From contig CANQKH010000006.1 of NCBI GenBank assembly GCA_947624415.1, forward strand, positions 13,910-77,909: DNA of 64,000 nucleotides, written 5' to 3'. The notes below the pieces were generated by a model. The model was not told the origin of the DNA. It did no database searches and was given only the letters and a program-made list of their open reading frames with translations. The position numbers and the translations under genes were made by a program. Each line of letters begins with the position of its first letter. Within the stretch, counting starts at the first letter, position 1. This DNA comes from an uncultured Clostridia bacterium. Lineage in GTDB: Bacteria; Bacillota; Clostridia; Christensenellales; UBA1242. This document shows positions 45,907 to 55,947 of this stretch, in pieces.

Positions 45907-47430
45907 ATGTCAAAATTTAATTGGGATAAGATTAATCAAACATTAAACAAATCGGGATTTGAGGCCTATAAATTAACAGACAAGGAAAAACTTGTTTCTA
46001 TGGTTTTAACTACAATGTTTGGTGAAGAAAAATTTTATGGCGACAACACAAGCGAACTTGCAAGGCTTGCTGTCAAAATGATTGAAAAAGGAAATGGACA
46101 ATTTGTTGCAAATCTCGCAGTTTTTGCAAGAAATGAAATGGGGTTAAGGAGTGTATCGCACGCACTCTGTGCTATTCTTGCCGGAAATGAAAAAGGCAAG
46201 GAATATGTCAAATATGCAGTGCTTGGTGTTTGCAGAAGGGCTGACGACATCCTTGAAATTTTGTCATGCTATCTCCATGTTTATGGAAAACCAGTAGCCA
46301 ACTCCCTTAAAAAGGCACTCGCAAAAGCAATGAACAACTTTGACGAATATAGTTTTGGAAAATATAAGGGAGGAAATAGGGCTGTGAAATTTGCTGACGT
46401 TTTAAAAATTACACACCCAAAGGCAAAAAACGAAGAACAAAACAAAATTTTCAATGCTATAATCAATGACACTTTGAAAACTCCTTACACTTGGGAAACT
46501 CAACTTAGCGAAAGAGGTAACACAAAGGAGGTTTGGGAAGAACTTATTGACAGTGGAAAATTGGGCATGATGGCATTGACTCGCAATCTTAACAATATTC
46601 TTAATGTAAAAGCAGAAAATCTTGATAAAGTTTTGGATGCTTTGAAAAATGAAGAAGCAATTAAGAAAAGCAAGATTTTGCCATTTAGATTCTATTCTGC
46701 ATATCTTAAAGTTGAAAACAATCCTAATTGCTCCTCAAAAGTGCTTAATGCACTTGAAAGAGCGGTTGAGGCAAGTGTAAAAAACATTCCTGTTCTAAAA
46801 GGCAAAACTTGTATTGCAATTGATGTGAGCGGGTCTATGGATGGTGAAATATCATATAACAGTCAAATTCGTTGTGCAGATATAGCCGCATTATTGGGTG
46901 CAATGGCAAACTATATTTGCGAAGATTCTATTATAATGACATTTGATACAACTTTAAAAAGACAAATTTTGCCTTCAACAAATGGAATTATTGCAAACGC
47001 AAAGTCTATAAAAAACACAGAGGGCGGAACGGCGATTGGGCTTCCTATTGCTGAACTTTTAAACGAAAATATTTATGTCGACAGAATTATACTTTTATCT
47101 GACAATGAAGTTAACCACTCTGTTGACAGGCCAATTCAATACACAAACAGCAAAAATAGTAAATCTTTGGGCAGACCACTTTCTTGCCAAGAACTTCTTA
47201 ATCTTTACAAACAACACGTAAACAAGAAGGTTTTCCTTCATGGTGTTGACTTGCAAGGATATGGGACTACCCAGTTTAGGGGAGAAAGAGAGTCTTTTAT
47301 ATCTGGTTGGAATGAAAAAATATTTGACTTTATTCACCTTGAAGAGGAGGGCTTTGGCAGTATTGTAAAAGTCGTTGAACTATACAATGAAGTGAGCGGA
47401 AATAATGTTGACGATGATGCAGAGGGCTAA
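45907..47430 (+). CDS. rsr: Ro60-related TROVE-domain protein with C-terminal vWA domain (Rsr-like)
   Basis: TROVE-like N-terminal two thirds (FYGDN..., FVANLAVFARNEMGLR, LPFRFYSAY); vWA MIDAS DVSGSM ... GGT; AAGGAGG RBS. Confidence 0.75.
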   Translation: MSKFNWDKINQTLNKSGFEAYKLTDKEKLVSMVLTTMFGEEKFYGDNTSELARLAVKMIEKGNGQFVANLAVFARNEMGLRSVSHALCAILAGNEKGKEYVKYAVLGVCRRADDILEILSCYLHVYGKPVANSLKKALAKAMNNFDEYSFGKYKGGNRAVKFADVLKITHPKAKNEEQNKIFNAIINDTLKTPYTWETQLSERGNTKEVWEELIDSGKLGMMALTRNLNNILNVKAENLDKVLDALKNEEAIKKSKILPFRFYSAYLKVENNPNCSSKVLNALERAVEASVKNIPVLKGKTCIAIDVSGSMDGEISYNSQIRCADIAALLGAMANYICEDSIIMTFDTTLKRQILPSTNGIIANAKSIKNTEGGTAIGLPIAELLNENIYVDRIILLSDNEVNHSVDRPIQYTNSKNSKSLGRPLSCQELLNLYKQHVNKKVFLHGVDLQGYGTTQFRGERESFISGWNEKIFDFIHLEEEGFGSIVKVVELYNEVSGNNVDDDAEG

Positions 47431-47584
47431 ACTCGCACAAAAGAAAAAAGACCTCCATATAACCACAAAGGAACTAGCCCTCCAACTCGGTGTCAAGTAT
47501 GGGACACTATCTATGGTGCTTTGTGGCAGTTATTCAAATGAAGAAGTTGAGAAAGTTGTGCTTGATTGGCTCAAACGAAAATAA
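47414..47584 (+). CDS. small HTH-like protein (56 aa, below ORF-track cutoff)
   Basis: Hand translation MMQRAKLAQKKKDLHITTKELALQLGVKYGTLSMVLCGSYSNEEVEKVVLDWLKRK; overlaps the rsr 3' end by 17 nt in another frame. Confidence 0.4.
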   Translation: MMQRAKLAQKKKDLHITTKELALQLGVKYGTLSMVLCGSYSNEEVEKVVLDWLKRK

Positions 47585-47589
47585 TTATA

Positions 47590-47625
47590 AACATCATATT
47601 GATTTTTCAATATGGTGTTTTTTTT
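47590..47625 (+). terminator. intrinsic terminator
   Basis: CATCATATTG / CAATATGGTG stem (one G-U) followed by T8. Confidence 0.6.
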
Positions 47626-47729
47626 AAATAATGGTGTTTTTTTTAAAAAATATAGTAATATTTTGAAAATTATTGTGTTTTTTTAATAAAAATGGGAAAT
47701 TTTTTTAAAATTTAGTCGTGTGAGCAAAG

Positions 47730-47763
47730 AAAAAAGTTAAGATTTAAACATCTTAACTTTTTC
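47730..47763. terminator. bidirectional intrinsic terminator
   Basis: AAAAGTTAAGAT / ATCTTAACTTTT 12-bp stem between convergent genes. Confidence 0.55.
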
Positions 47764-47838
47764 TAATAAGCACATTATATTTGTCGGTTTTTTTAAATAA
47801 TTTTATTTGTCTACTTTTTTTTAGACTTAACTATTCTA

Positions 47839-50800
47839 TTAAATATGTTGCCACTCAACATACAAGTCCTTATTTGAGTCTATAACTATAAGGCTCATGT
47901 CTGCATCGGCGTTCCCAAATGCTGAATTGTATAAGTTTTTGCAACCGCTTGTATTCCATGATGCACTGTTAAAACTATATCTTACTCCTATATATTTTCT
48001 TGATACATCAATTATAAGTGTTCGCTGTGTTATTGTTCCATTGAGGTCGGAAACCATATATAGTGTTGTGCCAATAATATAAGAGCCTTCAAGAACATAC
48101 ATTTCATCTAGTGTTCGGCGAGTTGATGTTTCATCATAACTGCTTATCCACCATGCAGGGTCAACCCAGTCGCAGTGGAAGGTTAGTTTATGATAAGACC
48201 TGCTTTGAGTTGTGTAAGTTGCAGAGAATGTAAGGTCATAATTTGGAACAATATTTGAAGTTATTTCCTTGCCGTCTGTCGTTTTGTATCCTTGGAAGTA
48301 GTAACCCACACGCTTAATAGGAATATTAGCCTCTCTTACAACCTCTTCAAAATCTTTTAGAGGTTGGAGTGTAAATCTTGTGCCTTGATAAAGCGATGAT
48401 GAGAAGGTTTTTGCCGTAAACTTACTATTTTCAAGCACATAATAGGTGTAAGTAATGGTGTATTTGTTTCTAATATAGAAAGTTAAATCACATTCTGGCA
48501 TAAGAATTGGTCGAGATGATTGAATTGTATATTCACTATCTGTATACCAACGTGTATTGCTGTAAATTGGGAATCCTGCAGGGAAAACGACAGGGGTGTT
48601 TGGTTCAAAGTAGGCAGAATATACTATGTCATTGTCATGGATTGTAATTTTGTAAAGTTTATCAATTGTTTTTAAGTATTCCCACTTTGCATAAACGGTG
48701 AGATTGTTGGATGGCATTAGTGATGGTGCAGGGGTTGAATAACTGCTGTCAACAAACCAGCCTTTAAACAAATACACGAGTGTCTTTCCATCTTGTTTGA
48801 GTAAAATTTGCTTATAATTTGGAAGGCAACTTGTAAGTTCAACCCTTTCAAAGGTATGAATTGTAAGTGTTTCGCCAGCCAAACCTTGCACAACTGTTAA
48901 AGTTTGAGCCTTTAAAGTTTGATAAGTTTGATAGGTTGCATATAGGTTTTCGCTTTCTTCTGGCACAATTTCAACTGTTACGCCATCTGCATCTCTCCAT
49001 CCAATAAACTCTTGCTTGTATAATATTCCATCAATTTCATATTCAATATATTTATCTACTATATCACTTCGCAACTGAGAACCTACAAGGGCATAATCAT
49101 TTGCAATAAGTTTGCCATTATTGTAATAATTAATTGTTCTGTAGCCCTCTTTGATTGTCCATTTACCATAGAGGGTTATATTTTTTGCAGGAATTATACC
49201 TTTTTTAAATTCACTTCCTTTTGCAAAGTTTTCACTTGTAAACCAGCCCTCAAAAGAGTAGAGTGTATAATCAATACCTGGATGATTTGTGCCTATAACT
49301 TTATCACTATATTTTGGCAATATAAATCTTTCATTAGGGCTTCCCGATATAGAAGGTTGGGATATGTCATCAAAGCCAGTTACAAATGTTATTGTATAAA
49401 GTCGTTCTCCAGTTTTTGTCCAATTGCCATTTTCTGCCGAATATTCAACGCTTTCCTTACCTCGTTTAAAGCCTTGCTCAAATTTATTGATTGTAGTGGC
49501 GTTAAAGTCAACACCATGAGAAACTGTCAAAGGATTTGCCTTTATGTAAAGGGTTGTTCCCCAAATTAGTGGCATATCAACATTGAGCGAGAGACCACCA
49601 ATTACATTTTGACCATTAATATTTTTTATGCTTGCACCAACCTCTAAATTTCCCATTTTGTCATCGCCTGTGAGTTCGTTGAGGTTGAGATTTAAAGTGT
49701 AAAATTCTGTGTTGTTTTGATAAGGGCAGGAGAAACTATTTATAATATTATTTAAGTTTGGAGTGTGATTGTCTGATGCTTCAAGTGATTTTTGTATCGC
49801 ACCAATTACATCGTCATTAAAGCCCGTTCCCCATTTTACATAATATAGTATGTCATCAAGCACGCTGTCTATGTGTGCCTTTATTGTCTTTTCATATTGG
49901 TCGCCATCGCCATTTGTCTCATGCCTATAGAAGTAGAAGTAGTTATCCTTGAAATAAATGTAAAGCATTCTGTCTGTAACTGAAAGGGGACTAAAGAGTC
50001 CGTTTGACCATGGAGTATCGTTGTTTAAGTTATATACAAGAAAATCAAGAACAGGAATAGCACCAATAGCAGCCTGCATCTGCAATTTTCCATCTGCAAG
50101 ACTTATTTGCATATTGACAGAAATATCCCAGTTTATATCTATAAATCCCACCCTCAATTTTATATTAATGTAACCTTTTATTTCAAAGGTTTTATTTGAG
50201 GAAATTGTATTTATTAAAGCCTCAATCAAATCACTTGACCCTGTCAAATCTATGTAATTTTTGTTTTGATTTGGTGCTGTTACCCCATTAAATTCATTAA
50301 AGTAAACATCAAAATCGAAATGTTCATTGTGCGTAACGCCGGTGTAGAAGTTTTTAAATGAAATTTGAGATATAGAGCCGTTGTTTGTGTAAACAACAAT
50401 TTCCATTTGAGTTGCTTTGGCGTTTGTTGAAAGGGTAATTCCGTCAATGACAATTGTAAGTGCATTATCTTCAACATCTAGTTTTTTAAGCATATTTACA
50501 TAAGAAGGTGATATTCCTTGTGTGTTTTGTGAAATTATATTTACAATTTGGAAAATGTCTATGTCTTGACCATTTAAAAGGTTTTCTGCCACTCCACCCA
50601 AACTTTCCATATTGAATAGTTTCAAAGCAACACTAATTATTTTTTCAAAGTCGCCCTGTGAAACTTTGAGGGCAAGGCTGTTATAGTCTACATAAATGTT
50701 TGACTGGTCGCCACTTGCACTTAAATTCAAATCAAATCCCTCAGTCTTCGTGTTTTTAACTCCACGAACTTGGGCGTTTGCATAAAATTTTATTTTGCCT

Positions 50801-53800
50801 GTTAAATCAAGTTGCAAAAGCATATTTTGTGCAGAGTAAATTTGGGTGTTCTTTTCATAAACGTTGGCATTTGCCGATATATTGTATTGCCTTGAATATA
50901 TATAATCCTTAATGGCTTTCACGAAAGGCAATAGTTCTTCAATGGAAGTGTATTTGCCTTTAATTTCAACTTTACCCTTTGTTGGAACAACTTTGCCCAC
51001 AATTTCAATGTCATTATATCTTACATTTAAGCCCGTCAGCCCATTTTCATTAAAGTTTATTTGTCCTGCCAGGTCGCCCAGTTTAAAATTCAAGGTGTTG
51101 TCTTCAAATCTAAAATTCGATGATGCGAGAATGTTTGCCAAATTGATTTTGTCAAGCCCAGAGCTTATTAGTGATAAAATGTCTATATTAAATTCATCTT
51201 TTAAGAATTGTGCCACATTGCCAATTTGGTCGAGATTGAATTGCAATTTTAAATTTTCTTTTTCAATATAAATTATATTGTCAATAAGTTTTATTCCAAG
51301 TTCAATTCCCTCAATTTGAGCATTTGCAGAAAGGGTTATTCCTGTTCCGTCAATGTTTAAATTGCCATTCAATGAAAATGAAGGATTTGTAGCCGTGAAG
51401 TCAATATAAAGTTGTTTGCTTTTTACAAGTGCAAGCACCGATTCAATTTTGCCCATCAAACTGCTTAATGGAAGATAATCGTCTTCATTAACCTCTGGCA
51501 AAACTTTTGGTGAAGAATTTATATTTAATGTAAATGCAACGTCTAAAACATATAATTTAACATCTTTAATCATGCTTTGGTTGAAGTTTATCTCAATAAG
51601 CACTCTGTCAAAGCCAAATGCCAATGTGTCATCATTAAATTTAAGTTTGCTGTTTGAAAGGATTGTATCAATTAGAGAACTGTCAAAATTTATGTTGTCA
51701 ATGACAAGGTTTAAAATTTCTGTCATGTTTGCATCAATTTTTTCAGTTATAAGTTTGAAAAGTCCTTCGAGTTCATCTGCTTTGCAAGAAATGTGCAAGT
51801 CGTTATAGTCAAAGAATAATGTGCGATTTTGCAATTTAAGGCTTGCCGCAACACTTCCACTTCTCAATTGTAAGAGGGCGGAAAGACTTTCATTTTCATG
51901 ATTCAAAACCCCTTCAATTTCAATGTCTTTATATGTTGCGTTGACTGTCAAATAATGCGTGTTGCGTGTTATATATTCTCTTAGCGATGTCGCCTTTTCT
52001 ATTAAGGTTGTAATAGGGGTGAAGTTAGATTTGTCAAATTGTGGCATTGCGTGGGCATCGTCTTGAATTTTTACATATCCATTAAAGTCTAAGCCTTCAA
52101 TTTGTGCAATGCGAGGATTATCACCCTCAAAGCCAACATTAAGATTTAAGTCCTTGTATGCAAACATAATATTGTTTTGCTCAATTTTAAGAACGGTTGC
52201 CTTTAAAATATTTTCCAAAATGCTGTTTAAGTCTAATTTGTTTGCAATATTTACAAGGTCTGGGGTCAGCCCGCTTTGTAAAACATTTACAGCATCATTG
52301 AAATCTTGCGCTAAGAATGAAACTCTTTCATCATTTACAGTAAGATAAACCATTTTGTCTAAAACTATAAGACTAAAAATATTGTTATCTCCAAAAACAT
52401 TAAAGTTTGCTTGAAGATTGCCATTACTGTAATTTACAAACCCTTCAATAGTGTTTAAAGGAGTTTTGCCCCCAATTTCTATGTAATATGTTTTTGATTT
52501 AATATAATCATAGATTTTTGTAATTTTGTTTAGAATTATATTTGCCGATAAATATTGTTCTTCATTTATTGGCGAGAAATCTATTTGGGTGGCGGAAGAG
52601 AGGTTTAATGATATTTGAGTTGTTTCCAAATTGATTTTAAGCCCAGTTAATATAGTGTCATAGTAAAGTGTAACTGTTTGATTATTTAAAAGATTTAAAG
52701 TCAAAGAGTCATCCCCAGCCACAATATTTTTGACAAAACTTTCATTCTTTTGAGGGTCAAGCCAGTTTGCGAGTGCGTCAATAATTGTTTGAGGGTTTAT
52801 TTCCACGCCAAGGCTTTTAAGCATTGAAGCAATATCATCTTTTGTTCCATAAAGATAAACGTCATCAAAATTTATATATGCTTTGCCATTCAAATAGTCA
52901 AGTGAAATTTCTTTGCCCAGTGCAAGTAAATCTAAATGCAAGCGTGAATTTTTAATGTCTGCTTTTAAAGAAATATCTCCCTTTATGCCGGCAATGGACA
53001 TTTCGCCCTCTGCCACAATGTAGTTTTGCTCTGTTGTGCTTATTGCCGCATCAATTGCAGGCAATGTTAGGGCAAGGTCGATATAACTGTCAATGCTGTT
53101 TGCAAGGTCGATGTTTCTTGCAGGAATTGAAGTTACATTTATTGTCAAGTCATCTGCCTTAAATGTAAGGCTTTCAAAATATCCTTCATTTACTACAAAT
53201 TCAATCTGGCCAATATTTTTTATTGTCAATGTGTAATTGTTGCCATTTTGGGTGAAGTTTTCAATTATGCTTAAATCCAAATCTGATAGCATTGAATTTT
53301 GGTCGCCTGGCAAAAGTTGAGAAAGGTTTAAATTTGAAAAGGCCTCTTTTGGCTTTGTAAGAAGGTCTGTTATAAACTCAACAGGCAAATTTGTGTTAAA
53401 ATGAGTGTTTAATATTTGCAAAGCCTCGGGTAGAGAGGATAAATCAAATTTAAAATTCAAGTTGCCAAGTTCAATATATAAAACTTTGTTTAACACAAGA
53501 AGTTTTGCATTTTGTCCCAAAAGTTCCATTTCATATTTGGCATTTTGTTCTTTCAAGTTTGCATAGAGATTGCCGGCAAAGTTTAATTCGCCCATGCCAA
53601 AGTCTATTTTTGCTCCAAACTTGTCATTTGTAATATAGTTTAGTGTTGAACTTAAAACCTCAAACATTGAACTTACATCCAAGTATTGCTCAGCAGGTGC
53701 TTTAACTTCAATGTTTGAAGGGTAGGACACGCCAACATCAAGTCCAACTGTTACGTTTTCAATTTGAGATTGAGGCATTGAAAGGGATAAAACATTGTAA

Positions 53801-54408
53801 TCGGTGTCGCAAACAACCTGCATTGCCCCAACAACAGGGACATTTATGTCAAGAATAATTACATCCTTTTCAACTCTCTCCTTTAAATCGGATAGCATTC
53901 CAAGTATGCTTTCCAAACTTAAATCTTCCACGTTAAGCCCGAGCGAAGATAGTGAAAAGCCGAGAGATGACAATATTTGCTCAATTGAACTTGAAAAGTT
54001 TTGGGTGTTAAAGGTAAATTTAGCGTTGCACATTTCAAGATAAATATTTCCGCCTGTAAAACAAAAGTCTATTGGCAGGCTGTCTTCATTTATCCTTAAT
54101 TCTACATTTCCTTGCAACTGCAAATTTTCATTTTGGTCATCTTTTTTAATGTCGGTGTCAAGGTTGACGGTAACTTCACTGTCTGTTTTGACGACAAGTG
54201 CAAGGTCAAGATGAATATTATTTGTTGCGGAAAGGTTGTTGTAAATTTTGCTTATTTGTGGTGCTATTGTTACTTTGTTTCCATTTGACTCTGAAAAAGG
54301 AATTGATGTCAGCAAAAATAAACTGCCGACAGCAGTGCCCAAGGTTATAATAAGATATACAAGACAGTATCCTAATATTTTTTTTACTTTATTTAACTTT
54401 TTTTTCAT
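47839..54408 (-). CDS. giant N-terminally anchored surface protein: ~7 internal ~170-190-aa modules plus C-terminal Listeria/Bacteroides-type (Flg_new) repeats
   Basis: ATG at 54408 has a GGGAG RBS (track start 54459 lacks one); TM ILGYCLVYLIITLGTAVGSLFLL; C-terminal units F-x-G-W...(L/V)-(Y/F)-(A/G)-x-W (FEGWFTSE..LYGKWT, FKGWFVDS..VYAKWE, FIGWRDAD..LYATYQ, FQGYKTTD..FSATYT) within about 47842-49410. Confidence 0.8.
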   Translation of the reverse strand: MKKKLNKVKKILGYCLVYLIITLGTAVGSLFLLTSIPFSESNGNKVTIAPQISKIYNNLSATNNIHLDLALVVKTDSEVTVNLDTDIKKDDQNENLQLQGNVELRINEDSLPIDFCFTGGNIYLEMCNAKFTFNTQNFSSSIEQILSSLGFSLSSLGLNVEDLSLESILGMLSDLKERVEKDVIILDINVPVVGAMQVVCDTDYNVLSLSMPQSQIENVTVGLDVGVSYPSNIEVKAPAEQYLDVSSMFEVLSSTLNYITNDKFGAKIDFGMGELNFAGNLYANLKEQNAKYEMELLGQNAKLLVLNKVLYIELGNLNFKFDLSSLPEALQILNTHFNTNLPVEFITDLLTKPKEAFSNLNLSQLLPGDQNSMLSDLDLSIIENFTQNGNNYTLTIKNIGQIEFVVNEGYFESLTFKADDLTINVTSIPARNIDLANSIDSYIDLALTLPAIDAAISTTEQNYIVAEGEMSIAGIKGDISLKADIKNSRLHLDLLALGKEISLDYLNGKAYINFDDVYLYGTKDDIASMLKSLGVEINPQTIIDALANWLDPQKNESFVKNIVAGDDSLTLNLLNNQTVTLYYDTILTGLKINLETTQISLNLSSATQIDFSPINEEQYLSANIILNKITKIYDYIKSKTYYIEIGGKTPLNTIEGFVNYSNGNLQANFNVFGDNNIFSLIVLDKMVYLTVNDERVSFLAQDFNDAVNVLQSGLTPDLVNIANKLDLNSILENILKATVLKIEQNNIMFAYKDLNLNVGFEGDNPRIAQIEGLDFNGYVKIQDDAHAMPQFDKSNFTPITTLIEKATSLREYITRNTHYLTVNATYKDIEIEGVLNHENESLSALLQLRSGSVAASLKLQNRTLFFDYNDLHISCKADELEGLFKLITEKIDANMTEILNLVIDNINFDSSLIDTILSNSKLKFNDDTLAFGFDRVLIEINFNQSMIKDVKLYVLDVAFTLNINSSPKVLPEVNEDDYLPLSSLMGKIESVLALVKSKQLYIDFTATNPSFSLNGNLNIDGTGITLSANAQIEGIELGIKLIDNIIYIEKENLKLQFNLDQIGNVAQFLKDEFNIDILSLISSGLDKINLANILASSNFRFEDNTLNFKLGDLAGQINFNENGLTGLNVRYNDIEIVGKVVPTKGKVEIKGKYTSIEELLPFVKAIKDYIYSRQYNISANANVYEKNTQIYSAQNMLLQLDLTGKIKFYANAQVRGVKNTKTEGFDLNLSASGDQSNIYVDYNSLALKVSQGDFEKIISVALKLFNMESLGGVAENLLNGQDIDIFQIVNIISQNTQGISPSYVNMLKKLDVEDNALTIVIDGITLSTNAKATQMEIVVYTNNGSISQISFKNFYTGVTHNEHFDFDVYFNEFNGVTAPNQNKNYIDLTGSSDLIEALINTISSNKTFEIKGYINIKLRVGFIDINWDISVNMQISLADGKLQMQAAIGAIPVLDFLVYNLNNDTPWSNGLFSPLSVTDRMLYIYFKDNYFYFYRHETNGDGDQYEKTIKAHIDSVLDDILYYVKWGTGFNDDVIGAIQKSLEASDNHTPNLNNIINSFSCPYQNNTEFYTLNLNLNELTGDDKMGNLEVGASIKNINGQNVIGGLSLNVDMPLIWGTTLYIKANPLTVSHGVDFNATTINKFEQGFKRGKESVEYSAENGNWTKTGERLYTITFVTGFDDISQPSISGSPNERFILPKYSDKVIGTNHPGIDYTLYSFEGWFTSENFAKGSEFKKGIIPAKNITLYGKWTIKEGYRTINYYNNGKLIANDYALVGSQLRSDIVDKYIEYEIDGILYKQEFIGWRDADGVTVEIVPEESENLYATYQTYQTLKAQTLTVVQGLAGETLTIHTFERVELTSCLPNYKQILLKQDGKTLVYLFKGWFVDSSYSTPAPSLMPSNNLTVYAKWEYLKTIDKLYKITIHDNDIVYSAYFEPNTPVVFPAGFPIYSNTRWYTDSEYTIQSSRPILMPECDLTFYIRNKYTITYTYYVLENSKFTAKTFSSSLYQGTRFTLQPLKDFEEVVREANIPIKRVGYYFQGYKTTDGKEITSNIVPNYDLTFSATYTTQSRSYHKLTFHCDWVDPAWWISSYDETSTRRTLDEMYVLEGSYIIGTTLYMVSDLNGTITQRTLIIDVSRKYIGVRYSFNSASWNTSGCKNLYNSAFGNADADMSLIVIDSNKDLYVEWQHI

Positions 54409-54777
54409 TCTTACTCCCAAAGTGAATTGTAATTGTTTGAGGTTATATTTTTTCATCAATGAATATTTTTTTCATTGAATGAATTACTTCTTCCTTGCGT
54501 TGCAATAAAAATTGCGGAGACATTTTACCTGCCTGTGAAAGGGCAAAACAAAGTTTGTGCTTGAAACCTTTTCACCTATGCAATGTAAAACTTATATTAA
54601 TTAATTCTATTATATTATAAATAAAATTAATTTTCAAGTGGAAATAGTAAAATTTTTGCCAAGAAAGGGCTTTCTTTAACGAAAAAAATCCAAAATAGCA
54701 CAATTTTGGTTAAAAATATATAAAAATATAAAAAATTTACCAAAAAATTAAATCAAAATAATTTTAAAATTTGCAAA

Positions 54778-54804
54778 GAAAAAAACAGCAAAAATTTGCT
54801 GTTT
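54778..54804 (-). terminator. intrinsic terminator
   Basis: AACAGCA / TGCTGTT stem, T-run on minus strand. Confidence 0.55.
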
Positions 54805-54824
54805 AGTCTGTTAATTTGTCTACA

Positions 54825-55295
54825 CTAGTTTAATTCTGGCTCTGGCTCTCTTTCTTCCTTGCGTTTACTAATCTTGTTTGAAATTGTCTCTGTTATGCTT
54901 TCAGGTTTTGCAATTTCGACGAATGCGCCTGCAGTCCCGGCACACAAAGTCAAAGTTGGAACTAATGCCCAATACAAATCATTTTGGTTTTTCTGTGCCT
55001 GAGTAAATTTGTCGCCATAAATCTCTTGTGCTGAGTTTTCTTTCAAAGTGTTTACTGCGTGTGTGTAAGAACCTTGGTCGATAACTCCCTTGTCATAAAG
55101 ACTATTTAAATTGTCAAGGTCGTCTTGAATGCTTTCTATGACTTGGTCGTCATTTATCATAGTTTTATAGTCTTCCCAAGCCTTTGCGTCGCTTGCTTTT
55201 AGAGAACAAATCCCAATAACTGATGACGCTGCAAGGCCAAGAAAAAATGTAATTTCTGCTGCTTTTACTATACCTTTTATAATGGGATTTTTCAT
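54825..55295 (-). CDS. two-TM membrane protein, paralog family member A
   Basis: 156 aa from ATG 55295 (GAGGTG RBS); TM-helical segment (IQDDLDNLNSLYDKGVIDQGSY..VNTLKEN)-TM-charged tail. Confidence 0.55.
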   Translation of the reverse strand: MKNPIIKGIVKAAEITFFLGLAASSVIGICSLKASDAKAWEDYKTMINDDQVIESIQDDLDNLNSLYDKGVIDQGSYTHAVNTLKENSAQEIYGDKFTQAQKNQNDLYWALVPTLTLCAGTAGAFVEIAKPESITETISNKISKRKEEREPEPELN

Positions 55296-55386
55296 ATTTT
55301 CACCTCTTTTCATATATTATTATACGCAAATACTTAAATTTGTCAAGAGGGGATGAGTGATTTTATTTTCTTTAAGCCCTTCTTAA

Positions 55387-55412
55387 ACAAAAAAACAGCA
55401 TTTCTGCTGTTT
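55387..55412 (-). terminator. intrinsic terminator
   Basis: ACAGCA-TTTC-TGCTGT with T-run on minus strand. Confidence 0.55.
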
Positions 55413-55418
55413 CATTAT

Positions 55419-55925
55419 TTAAACATTTTCTGGTTCTGGGGTTTCTTCCTTCTTTGCTTTTTGGGACTTTTGATATTTTTTTAATTCCCTACGCTGTTCG
55501 AGTTCATCTGAAAGTAAACTTAAAAAACTATCTTTGCCGTCATGCACGAGAAAATCATATAAAATTGTAGTAGCACCAAGGGCAAGAGTAGGAGTAGGAA
55601 CAAAAGCCAAGAAACGTTTGTTTATATTCTTCTTTGCAGTTTCATATTTTCCGCCAAAGACTTCCTTTGCTGCATTTTCCTTTAAAGTGTTTACTTGCTG
55701 TCTGTAAGCATCATAGTCAACACTTCCTTCATTGAATTTGTTATTTAAAACTGATAAATCATCTTGAATATATTCGATAACTTCAGGCGAAGAAAGCATA
55801 TCGCTAACATCCTTTTTTGCACTATTTCCGGCATTTATAGCGGCGGCAATTCCGGCGATTGAGCCTGCTACAACTCCAGCCATAGTAACAACTTCAATTG
55901 TTTTAAGAATATGATATTTTGACAT
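55419..55925 (-). CDS. two-TM membrane protein, paralog family member B
   Basis: 168 aa from ATG 55925 (AAGGAG RBS); IQDDLSVLNNKFNEGSVDYDAYRQQVNTLKENAAKEVFG identical to member C. Confidence 0.6.
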   Translation of the reverse strand: MSKYHILKTIEVVTMAGVVAGSIAGIAAAINAGNSAKKDVSDMLSSPEVIEYIQDDLSVLNNKFNEGSVDYDAYRQQVNTLKENAAKEVFGGKYETAKKNINKRFLAFVPTPTLALGATTILYDFLVHDGKDSFLSLLSDELEQRRELKKYQKSQKAKKEETPEPENV

Positions 55926-55947
55926 AATTTTTCTCCTTCTTACTTTA

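Noticed and set aside
54460-54600. Structured leader or 26-aa leader peptide (MSPQFLLQRKEEVIHSMKKIFIDEKI) upstream of the giant gene
   Set aside because: It has only weak short hairpins, a poor RBS and no recognisable motif. The evidence is insufficient.
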